This document shows positions 1 through 11,130 of a DNA stretch of 64,000 nt, one piece after another. Each line of letters starts with the position of its first letter. Position 1 is the first letter of the stretch. The notes under the pieces are model-generated. The model had not been told where the DNA came from, did no database searches, and saw only the letters and a program-made list of their open reading frames with translations. This DNA is from Octopus sinensis (taxonomy: Eukaryota): positions 147,622,001 through 147,686,000 of the forward strand of contig NC_042998.1 in NCBI RefSeq assembly GCF_006345805.1. The letters run 5' to 3'. The translations under genes were made by a program, and so were the position numbers.

Positions 1-29
1 CTTATGTAACATCATCATTGTCATCATAA

Positions 30-240
30 TTTAATGTCTGTTTTTCATGCTGTCATGGGTTGGATGATTTGACTGGAGATGGCAAAGCCAGGGGCCACAA
101 CAGGGCTCCATTGTCTGTTCTTATGGTTTCTATGGCTGGATACCCTTCCTAATGCCAACCATCCCACAGAGTGTACTGGGTGCCTTTTATGTGGCACCAG
201 CGCATGGCACCAGTATGAGTGCTTTTTAAGTGACACCAAC
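30..240 (-). mobile_element. Old free 3' tail fragment of the RTE LINE family
   Basis: Diverged match (ggatacccttcctaatgccaacc...ggtgccttttatgtggcacc) to the reverse complement of the 3' UTR of the near-complete copy at 52700-52900. Confidence 0.7.
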
Positions 241-421
241 ATTAATGTCAATTCTGTTGTGGGAGACAGATCTTCTTGAGTACAGCAAGGCACCAGATAT
301 CTAGGTACTTTTTCATCTCCTTCATAAAGCAAGGCTCAGTGTCTTCAGATCGACCTTCAATACTTTGTCTTATGTCTTCACACAAGTTCCATCTTTTTAG
401 GTGGTATATGTGCACATGAGT

Positions 422-453
<32 letters not shown>

Positions 454-878
454 GCAGTTTTCCTGCTGGTTTACATGGTAGATTGGTACTGTGAGTCAAC
501 AAGCAAGCTGAAATTATGTTAACAGAGGGAAATGCATTTTTAATGATATGATAGTTGTGAACTGCCAGAATTGTTTGTACATCAGATAAATGTTTAGCAG
601 CATTTGTTTTGGCTTTTTACATTGTGATTTCAAATTGTGCTAAGGTCAACTTTGTCATTCAGTTTTTCAGGGTCGATAATAAAGTATCAGTTAAGTAATG
701 GGATTGATAAAATTAACTAGATTCCTCCCATTGTACCAAAATTTGAAAGAGTTGCTAAGAAAAAAAAAATCATTAAAAAATTTAAGTAATTATTTATTAC
801 AATGAGGGTAGTAAATATAATTATTGCTTATGTGTATGTGTGTGTGTGTGTGCATGCATATGTGCATGTGTGTGCATG

Positions 879-917
<39 letters not shown>

Positions 918-2201
918 ACATGTGTGTCTATGCAATGAAGCCAACAAACTATATATTCCCTGAACAAGTCTAATCCTTATGAGAACCAGAATCTCAATGG
1001 AGGGTAACTCCAAAAACAATGAGAAAACAGGATACACAAGGTTAACAAGAAAGAACATATACATATAAACAAACAACGAATTTACATGTCCCATCCTTAG
1101 CTGCCAAAAGATACCATTATAGTTTTGACACATGGACAGTACCATTTATTCTGGCTGCACCTACATCAAAAATATAAATGTTGCTTGGGAATAATAGACA
1201 TATTATGTGTGTGTATGTATGGTTATATACATATGTATATATGTTTGTATGTATAAATATGGGTACTGTTGTAATACTTCTGTACAAAATGATAGAGCTT
1301 TTGCCATTGTTTTCATAATGTGACTACAATTACTTAATGTGTAATCTAAATTTATTGGAGAGCCAATGATTATACTGACTCTGATTTTGTTTTTGTTTCC
1401 TTTATTTTTTCTAGCAGTTACTTTGTTTATATTAAACTGTTTTGTAGTTTTTGTTAAACCATTTCCCTTTAAAAGTTAACTTAAAATTTTCATTTTTCAT
1501 TTTCAGAGAAATCAATTTTATTGGCATTTGAAACTCTATTATTCAATCACATAAGTATTTGTTTTTTTTAAAATGCCTAAGATAATTTAAAATTATATGT
1601 GTGTTTAACTTAGTCTACCACATCATTGTAGAAGTGGGATGAGAGTAAAATAAAAGGAAAGTTGAAAACCTAAACAGAAATGATGAAATAGTATTTCTGT
1701 ATACATTAGGGTTAGACTTCAGTCTGTCCCTTGGACTCATAAGGACCTGATTTTCAATGTGTATTAGCAGCAGAGGTTACAACACTCCTCATCTTCTGAA
1801 CAGGAAGCTAGTCCAAAGCAGTTATTGCTGGGACTCATTTATAGCTGAGAGGACTGGAACAACATAAAATGAAGTGTTTTGCTCAAGAACACAAATTGGT
1901 AGATAGAATCTCTAAAAACAAACAATTTTTACAACACAGTCCAGAATAGACACAATTTGGGACACAACTCTTCATACCTTACACTTTTGAAAATCAAATG
2001 CGAAACCAGTTAAGTGTATTTATATATATATTTAGTAGACATGTCTACTAAATATTAAATATGCGCATTATAACAATTAATAAATAATTTGTACGTATAA
2101 TTTCTGAGTTAAATAAATTTTAATGATTTTAAGGGTGTCTTTTTACTTCTGTCATGTCTGTGTATATGTATATTATATTATATTATATATATGTATATAT
2201 A

Positions 2202-2245
<44 letters not shown>

Positions 2246-2294
2246 CATCATCATCATCATCATCATCAACATTGTTGTGTGTGTGTATCTTTTA

Positions 2295-2630
2295 TCTTTT
2301 GTTTGTTTCAGTCATTAGACTACCATCATGACGAGGTCTGAATCGACCCCAGTACCTTTCTCTTTAAAGCCTGGTACTTATTCTGGTGGTCTCTTTTGCT
2401 GAACCACTAAGTTATGGGAATGTAAACACATCAATACTGGTTGTCAGACGGTGATGGGCGACAAACACAGACACGAAAATACACACACTCACACAATATA
2501 CACGCACGCACACACACACACACATATGACAAGCTTCTTTCAGTTTCCCTCTACCAAATCCATTCACAAGGCACTTTGGTTGGCCCAAGGCTATAATAGA
2601 AGACACTTGCCCAAGATGTCATGCAGTGGC
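2295..2630 (-). mobile_element. tRNA-derived octopus-type SINE (family A), 5'-truncated
   Basis: Colinear with the cleaner copy at 58685-59078 (gaagacacttgcccaag, cttctttcagtttcc, internal (CA)n). Confidence 0.75.
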
Positions 2631-2639
2631 AATGAGAAG

Positions 2640-3170
2640 CAACTGAGACCTTTGGCAATATGCCATGCTTGAGAAGACCTATCAAGCCAAGTGAGATTGT
2701 AGTCAGGGCTGATGCCAGTGTCATGTAACTGGTATGTTAAAAGCACCCTTCAAATGTTAGACAATATGCTGTGCTTGTGAAGACTTGTCAAGTTGAGTGA
2801 AATCGTAGTCATGGCTGATGCTGGTGCCATCTGACTGGCACCTGTGTTGGTGGCACATAAAAAGCACCATTCAAGGATTGGACCTCATGAAGGCAGTGGC
2901 AGGTGATATACCATGCTTGTGTAGACCTGTCAAGCCAAGTGAGACCATAGTCATGGCTAATACTGGTGTCAGGTCAATGGCACCACCCATGCCAGTGGTG
3001 CATAGAAAACATCTACTAACTCTTGGAGTGATTGGTGTTAGGGAGGGCATCCAGCCATAGAAACCTTGCCAAATCAGATTGGAACCTGGTGCAGCTCCCT
3101 GGCTCACAAGTTTTCACTCAAATCATCCAATTCTTGGCAGCATCGAAAGTGGATGTTAGACACTGCTGCT
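2640..3170 (+). mobile_element. Diverged RTE 3' UTR fragment with repeated modules
   Basis: tggtggcacataaaaagcacc modules and ggagggcatccagccatagaaac terminal domain. Confidence 0.7.
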
Positions 3171-3852
3171 GCTGATAATATATATATGTTACACTAACAT
3201 CCAATTCAATACTAGACTAACTGGATTTCAATAAAAATCTATAATGGAGTTGGGCGAATTATATGATAAAATGAGAAGGGTGCAAAAAAGTATTAGTTGG
3301 AGTGAAATGCAGTAGCAGAGTGAGTGTGACTTAGAGAAGATGATAACAGCATTATGTAAGCAACAAATACTGAGTGACAATGGGATAGTGACTTTAATAC
3401 AGCTGTCATATACATGCAATGCTGCATGCATACTTTTGTAAATACATACACAACACACACACATACACACACAGAAGGTGGGTGTGAGGAATATGTACCT
3501 TTAAGGAGAGAGGGGTAGGTGGCTTTTCTGATGTCTATCACAAAGAAACACTCACACACAGACACACACAGACACACACACACACACACACACACTCACA
3601 TATATATATATCTACTACTAATATAGGACGAAGTTTTTTACAGAAAAAAATTTCACCAAAAATTTGGCAGCATATTAAAATACCTTTAAAGGTTAAAATT
3701 ATAAACAACTTATAAACAAGGGCAAAAGAAAATTATTTCTATGCCAATATGCTAATAACAGACTTTTAAATCATCAATTTCCACATATTATATACCCACT
3801 ACAGAAATACATTGTTAGAAATAATTTTCTTTTGCCCTTGTTTATAAGTTGT

Positions 3853-3900
<48 letters not shown>

Positions 3901-3903
<3 letters not shown>

Positions 3904-4952
3904 TCATCATCATCATCGTTTAGCGTCCGCTTTCCATGCTAGCATGGGTTGGACGGTTCAACTGGGGTCTGGGAAGCCAGAAGGCTGCACCAGGCCCAGT
4001 TTGATCTGGCAATGTTTCTACGGCTGGATGCCCTTCCTAACGCCAACCACTCCATGAGTGTAGTGGGTGCTTTTTATGTGCCACTGGCACAGGTGCCAGA
4101 CGAGTCTGGCAAATGGCCACAATCGGATGGTGCTTTTTATGTGTCACCGGCACAGGGGCCAGGCGAGGCTGGCAACGGCCACGAACGGATGGTGCTTTTT
4201 ACGTGCCACTGGCACAGGGGCCAGGTGAGGCTGGCAACGGCCACGAACGGATGGTGCTTTTTACGTGCCATTGGCACGAGGCCAGTCAGGGCGGCGCTGG
4301 CAACGGCCACGTTCGGATGGTTCTCTTACGTGCCACCGGCACTGGTAACTCAGCTGCAATTTCCATTGATCGATTTTGATTCTGATTCTGATTCTCACTT
4401 GCCTCAACAGGTCTTCACAAGTAGAGTTTTGTGTCCCAAGAAGGGAAGGTATGCATAAGTAGGCTGGCTACATCCCATGTAGAAGGCCACGGGTTATGGT
4501 CTCACTTGTCCTGCCGGGTCTTCTCACACACAGCATACTTCCAGAGGTCTCGGTCTCTAGTCATTTCCTCAGTGAGACCTAAAGTTCGAAGGTCGTGCTT
4601 CACCACCTCGTCCCAGGTTTTCCTGGGTCTACCTCTTCCACAGGTTCCCTCAACCGCTAGGGTGTGGCACTTTTTCACACAACTATCTTCATCCATTCTT
4701 GCCACATGCCCATACCAGCGCAAACGTCTCTCTTGCACACCACATCTGATGCTTCTTAGGTCCAGCTTTTCTCTCAAGGTACTTACACTCTGTCGAGTAT
4801 GAATACTGACATTACACATCCATCGGAGCATACTGGCTTCATTTCTTGCGAGCTTACGCATATCCTCAGCAGTCACGGCCCATGTTTCACTGCCATGTAG
4901 CATGGCTGTTCGTACACACGCGTCATACAGTCTGCCTTTTACTCTGAGCGAG
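3901..4952 (-). mobile_element. 5'-truncated RTE LINE copy (RT C-terminus + 3' UTR + (GAT)n tail)
   Basis: ORF 4502-4950 reads LYDACVRTAMLHGSETW...RRLRWYGHVARM...GRGRPRKTW; (CAT)n on plus strand at 3901 abuts (TA)n. Confidence 0.92.
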
Positions 4953-5589
4953 GGGAATGTTGTGACTGGTGAAACCTGGGTATATAGAGGTAGTGAGGGA
5001 AAAACAGGATAGCAGTGATACAGTGAGCAGAGCAATGGGAAGCAAGAGATAAGCATAAGCATAGTGCATGTACATACATACACACATGCATATATATGAT
5101 TACTATACACCATTTTAAACTCGTAATTACCTGTGTGTACATTTGTAACTGTGTGTGTGTGTGTGTGATGTCCTATAACTGTCTGTCTCTACTTTTGTGG
5201 GGTCTTCCCTGTTGCTGTCACATTGTGAGATTTTAAAATTATGTCAAAATTTTCAAATTTGGTATATTGAAATAATTTTCCACATTAAATTCGATTTTGT
5301 TATTTAATTGTTCCAGAAACATTGCAGAAAAGTGTTACTGAGGTTTAAAGATTAATCAATTTTACCTAATCAGAAAACAGGATTTAGAATCTGACATTTT
5401 CTAAATGATAGCTGCATGATAGCTGTCTATCACAAAATGAAGGCAAAACATTAGGAGGAGGAGTTTATATTAAACAAAGCAAAGCATTATGGCAACCAAA
5501 GTTGTAAGAACTTCTGAAGTTTTAATGAATAAAGTAATGTGAAACAATCGAACAGACATGTAAATAATTTAAAAAGGGTAAAAATGATT

Positions 5590-5803
5590 TGTGATCCTCT
5601 TACTAACATACTTTGCCATGTGTTTAAACACAATGGGTGGGTGGCAGGAGGCTGTGTTGATGTACATTAGCCTCTCATTTGGTTTGCAGTAGGGTCTGTA
5701 TGTACTGGAGCCCAAGTCGAGTATGATGTCTAAGAAGTCTGCAGTTGTGAGGTTGGTCTCTGTGGTGATTCTCAATCCCATGGAGGCAAGCATGCTGATT
5801 AGA

Positions 5804-5805
<2 letters not shown>
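5590..5805 (-). mobile_element. Penelope-like element RT C-terminal (thumb) fragment
   Basis: Translation ADFLDIILDLGSSTYRPYCKPNERLMYINTASCHPP matches the Penelope pattern FLD-x-YRKP-x-YI-x-SNHPP; bordered by (TA)n. Confidence 0.8.
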
Positions 5806-5855
<50 letters not shown>

Positions 5856-7072
5856 ATTGTGTGTATATATATATTTGTGTGTGTTTTTGTTTCTGTGTTT
5901 GTCTCTCACTACTGCTTGACAACTGGTTTTGGTATGTTTACATCCCTGTAACTTAGTGGATATAGCAAAAGAGATTGATAGAATAAGTACCAAGCTAAAA
6001 AATAAAAAAAGGTTCTGGAGTTGATTTATTTGGCTAAATATTCTTCAAAATGGTGCTCCAGCATGTCCCCAGTCTAATGACTGAAACAGGTAGAAAGAGA
6101 TAGAAAGAAATATGCTAGAGGACAGAGCGGAAATAATGCTAAGGAACAGAATTTAATTAAATTACTTATGTTCCTGGGAACCAAGCAGTTATATTTTTAA
6201 AAAAACACTAAAGCATTCAAAACATTTCTTAAGAACATAAGAAGAAATGAAGACCTATTTATCACTCATTCTCTACCATTATCCCCATCACAACTGCTAT
6301 GGCCATGTATAGTTGAAAAGCAAGATTGGTTCCACCTTCTTTCCACCTCAAGGACTACTTGGAATGTCACCCTAAAGAGCAATTGATTAAGTTTTACCAC
6401 AAGACTGAAGGAAATTCTGATTAGGATTCCATTCACACATATGCGTGCATGTGCAAACACACACACACATGCACACATGCATGCACACAGACATGCACAC
6501 ACAAATAAAATCCTGATGTCATGAATTTGATTTGATAACACAGTTGACCTATTAACATTTGTATGTCTACTAGTATTACTGCCAATATTGGTATATCTGT
6601 TGATATATCTCTTAATATTGCTTGTAGACCTAATTGCATATCTATCAATATCATTGTATACCTATTAATACTTGAATATCTGCCTTCTTGGAGGATTAAA
6701 TTCTTTTATCAAATCAAATATAAAAAAAAGAAACTTAGCAGTTGTCCATGTAGCAGATTGATTTGAAGAAACAACGCTAGAAGGATGTTAGATGTTAATT
6801 AAAACTTGGTGCCATAGACACATGTTTCCAATAAAACAGAAAGAATATAGATTAAAAGGAGAAAATGATAAGAGAACACCTCCACCTCCTTCACCCCATC
6901 AAACTGATTGTCAATATCAAATTGCACATAATTCCTAGGGCTGAGGTGATACACACACATACATGTATGCCTGTACGTATGTATATATATGTATATGTTG
7001 TATGTATACACACACATACATATGTATATATATGTGTATATGTGTATATATATATATATGTGCGTGTGTATG

Positions 7073-7130
<58 letters not shown>

Positions 7131-7141
7131 TATATATATAT

Positions 7142-7186
<45 letters not shown>

Positions 7187-7431
7187 TATATATTTTTAAA
7201 ATTAAGGATAAAATCTTTATAAGAAATTATCAGTAGTTAGCGAGAAAAACTTCGTAAGAGAAAAAATCTGTAAATTTTTCCACTTTGAAAATATTTATTT
7301 ATATTATATAGAGGGTACTATTATTCATAGGTACCGCACGCTAGGAGGGACTCTCGCAGTCAAAACTACTAAAATAAACAAATTGTACCGAATGCAAAAC
7401 TTCAAAGCAAGTCATTTAAAAACAGAATTTA

Positions 7432-7495
7432 GTTACATATCACCTGTGATTTCGCAATCAATGCAGAATATGCATTCTATGCTCTTCAGTGCAAC
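7432..7495 (-). ncRNA. Type I hammerhead ribozyme motif (Penelope-type)
   Basis: Minus strand: GUUGCA-CUGAAGA-GCAUAGAAUGCA(uauuc)UGCAUUGAUUGC-GAA-AUCAC(ag)GUGAU-A-UGUAAC; complete core, three pairing helices. Confidence 0.8.
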
Positions 7496-8460
7496 AAACT
7501 CAAGACATGTAAGGAAAAAACACAATATAGCATACCCGACAGCCAACCGTAGAATTCATTGTAGCATGTACGAATGTTTATCTTTACATATCTATGAAAT
7601 TGTGTAACATATCAAGACATGCCAAGAAACCAAGACTTGCCTCTATGGTGGACTGCAAATAAATAACACTGTCAGGAAGCCATTGTTTAATACCAGTGAA
7701 TGCAAGGGAAATACAAACCACTCTCACTCTCTCTCTCTCTCTCACACACTCATGCATGCTCACATGCACACACACACAAAGAAGTTGAAAATACACTGAG
7801 AGTCTTTTAGATAGCTTATTTTTAAAGGCTTAACTAGTTTCACAAATTTTTCCGATTTTCAAAAATTAAGTGAGATAGAAAGATGTGGGGCTCTACTGCA
7901 ACTGTTTCATTTTTTATTGGGGTTTGAAAATTCTCTTGATTTTATAGAGAGAACATGGTTCAGATTAGTATCTGTTTAGGATACAATTTGATTGGCAGAC
8001 AATGATCATGTTATTAGGCTTACAAATGTTTGTAAGTTATCTACTAAACCCATGTGTTTAATATCGCTTGATAATATTCTTTGTGCCTTAAGTTAAGGGT
8101 GACACTGTTGAGTGAATGCTGGCACCAAAAATGTTGTCACCTGACATTAAGACACAAAAATTTGTAAGGCTAATCATGAGATCATCCTCTGTTCCACTTG
8201 ACAGATTAGAATTAGTGAGACTTGATTGTGACAAACCCACCAGTGTTACATGATGGGTGTTGTCACATTGTGTGCTACTATACTAAACCTAACATACAAA
8301 CTTTACTTACACTGTTTCTATACAAAATATGAGTTCAACCAGATTATTTTGTGACAAATGCAACAAGATTTTTATAAAAGGAATTTACTGTTTTCAGTGG
8401 GTGTGTGTATTTATCAAATATGCATGAAATATACAACCTGGATATATATTGTGTGTACAA

Positions 8461-8493
<33 letters not shown>

Positions 8494-8820
8494 AGGTTAA
8501 AAGCTGAGTGACCATTGGTTTCTCACCTATAAAGCGCTTAGCAGTATCAATGATTGTCAGACTTGAATGTAGGTGCCCTAATGTTTTAGGGTGTGCTTCT
8601 TTTTCATATATATGAACTACTGACCATGTATTATATATTATATCGTACCTTGATACTGTGTGGACTAAGATACCCGTTCACAGACCATGGGTATTTATAA
8701 AGTGTGAAACACTTTCAGTATGCAAATTAGGGACACTTTCATAGGGTAACTGCTGTACTTGTTGAGTATATAAACCATTTGGCTGTCAGTTTCTCTGGAG
8801 ACTGACAGAATGATTTGGAT

Positions 8821-8863
8821 GCCTCTGATGAAAATCCAATAAGGTTTGAAAATCGATTAAGGT
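8821..8863 (+). ncRNA. Minimal type I hammerhead ribozyme motif
   Basis: GCCU-CUGAUGA-a-AAUCC(aauaa)GGUUU-GAA-AAUCGAUU-A-AGGU; palindromic helix III, one mismatch in helix II. Confidence 0.65.
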
Positions 8864-8956
8864 TGTTCAACAATTTTTCAGTCTGTGGAGAAATGGCTAA
8901 AATTTTCTGTTTCTAATTATACCATATATTGCATATATATATACATATATATACAT

Positions 8957-9380
8957 GAAGGTATGTGGCCTAGTGGTTAGGGTGTTGTGTGCTCATGGTC
9001 ACTAGATTGTGTGTTTGATTCCCAGATTTGACAACACATTGTGCTTTTGAGCAAAACACTTCATCCACTGTTGAACCAAGTGAAATCATAGTCATGGCTA
9101 ATGCCAGTGCCACCTGACTGGCACCCGTGTTGGTGGCATGTAAAAAGCATCATTTGAGTGTGGCTGATGCAAGTGCTGCTTGACTGGTACCTGTGCTGGT
9201 GGCATGTAAAAAGCACCCACTACACTCTCAGAGTGGTTGGCGTTAGGAAGGGCATCAAGCTATAGAAACCTTGCCAAATCAGATTGGAGCATGGTGCAGC
9301 CTCCTGGCCTACAAGTTCGCAGTCAAGCCGTCCAACTCATGCCAGCATGGAAAGAAAACATTAAATGACGATGATGATAT
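8957..9380 (+). mobile_element. SINE family B tRNA-like head joined to an RTE 3' tail fragment
   Basis: A-box tggcctagtgg and B-box gtttgattccc followed by tggtggcatgtaaaaagcacc modules, ggaagggcatc domain and (GAT)n. Confidence 0.6.
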
Positions 9381-10869
9381 ATATATATATATATTTATAT
9401 GCAGGTGTGTGAATGTTAATTTCCTTCCTCACACTCAAACTGGGAATGAAATTTAAATCAGAGGCTAGTTTCATTGTGTTTACTAATGTCAAAATCGAAA
9501 TTATTAATTAATTAATTGATTAAGATAACATATCAGGAGAGGAGAGTTGTGTATTGAAATACCAAACAATCAGTCAATAAGTTAGTGGCTGATATTATTA
9601 CATCATATCTTCAACAAATACTCTGCACTCAAATGACCCAATTTCACAGAGGGACAACTCATCATTGTAACTGTAAGTAGCAGTAGCATTACAAAACCAT
9701 TGCATTCACTTTTTGAGGCACAGTATAACTAGGACTATATTTTTCAATACATCCTTTCTTCTTTCAGACATTGAGGTCTGATTTAAGATTCAGTAGTTGT
9801 AAGGACATGCCGTCATTGTATGTAGTGGTAGCATTACATGATTAAGAGTTTTGTTAGCTTCCAGTTACTTTCCATAGATTGACATTGGGATCAGAGAAAG
9901 ATTATCTGACCTGTTTTATTGATTTCATGGAGTGGGGTTACTAATTAGATAAGGTGTTGATATTTTTTAAAGATGCAGCTAGAAAAGGAAAGGGTCTCAG
10001 AAGCATATCATGTATATCATCATCATCATCATCATCATCATTTAGCGTCCGCTTTCCATGCTAGCATGGGTTGGATGGTTCAACTGGGGTCTGTGAAGCC
10101 AGAAGGCTGCATCAGGCCCAGTCTGATCTGGCAGTGTTTCTACGGCTGGATGCCCTTCCTAATGCCAACCACTCCGTTAGTGTAGTGGGTGCTTTTTACG
10201 TGCCACCCGCACAGGTGCCAGACGGAGCTGGCAAACGGCCACGGACGGATGGTGCTTTTTACGTGCCACCGGCACGGAGGCCAGTCGGGGCGCCGCTGGC
10301 AACGGCCACGATCGGATGGTTCGCTTACTTGTCACCGGCACTGGTATCACAGCTGCAATTTCCATTGATGTTGATCGACCTCGATTTTGGTTCTGCTTTC
10401 TGATATCTGATTTGATTTGGTTTGATTTTGATTTTGATTTTCACTTGCCTCAATGGGTCTTCACAAGTGGAGTTTTGTGTCCCAAGAAGGAAAGGTATGT
10501 ATAAGTCGACTGGCTACATACCAGGTAGAGGCCACGGGTTATAGTCTCACTAGTCCTGCCGGATGTTCTCACGCACAGCATACTTTCATAGGTCTCGGTC
10601 TCTAGTCATTTCCTTGGTGAGACCTAAAGTTCGAAGGTCGTCCTTCACCACCTCATCCCAGGTTTTCCTGGGTCTACCTCTTCCACAGGTTCCCTCAACT
10701 GCTAGGGTGTGGCACTTTTGCACACAACTATCTTCAGCCATTCTCGTCACATGACCATACCAGCGCAAATGTCTCTCTTGCACACCACAACTGATGCTTC
10801 TTAGGTCCAACTTTTCTCTCAAGGTACTTACACTCTGTCGATTATGAACACTGACATTACACATCCATC

Positions 10870-11130
10870 GTTAGTTTAGGAATATCTATTGTTGTGCTGT
10901 TTGTTTGTCCGTTTTTACATGTTAGAGGGTGTATAGGGTTATGTTATAATTTTTTAGGACAGTTTTGTTTTTGGTTTTTAATTTGTGTATTTTTTATTTT
11001 AACATGGATTGGGAGTTGTCCAGTAGAGTATCCGTATGAAATAATTGGTCGTATTTTTAGTGTTTTATATTTTACTTGCTTTTTAATTCGACCTATTTTA
11101 GACATATGAATATATATATTAGATTATTAG
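10870..11130 (+). pseudogene. CYTB: NUMT: 3' end of mitochondrial cytochrome b
   Basis: In the invertebrate mitochondrial code it reads VSLGMSIVVLFVCPFLH...[37 protein letters not shown]...DMWMYMLDY* with the cytb LTWIGxxPVExP motif; in-frame TGA read as Trp; ends at TAG 11128-11130. Confidence 0.92.

Noticed and set aside
828-1145. Hydrophobic minus-strand ORF
   Set aside because: No recognisable family; runs into a microsatellite; T-rich composition explains the hydrophobicity
1507-1554. Possible small exon (also 17598 onward and minus-strand 26278-26349)
   Set aside because: Splice-like signals only; too weak to support without transcript data
2028-2055. Perfect 28-bp palindrome atatttagtagacatgtctactaaatat
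   Set aside because: Real but isolated and next to a TA tract; no evidence of function
6799-7236. YI/HT/CV-rich ORFs (also 37515-39194, 41177-41783 and others)
   Set aside because: Translations of (TA)n, (CA)n and (TG)n microsatellites
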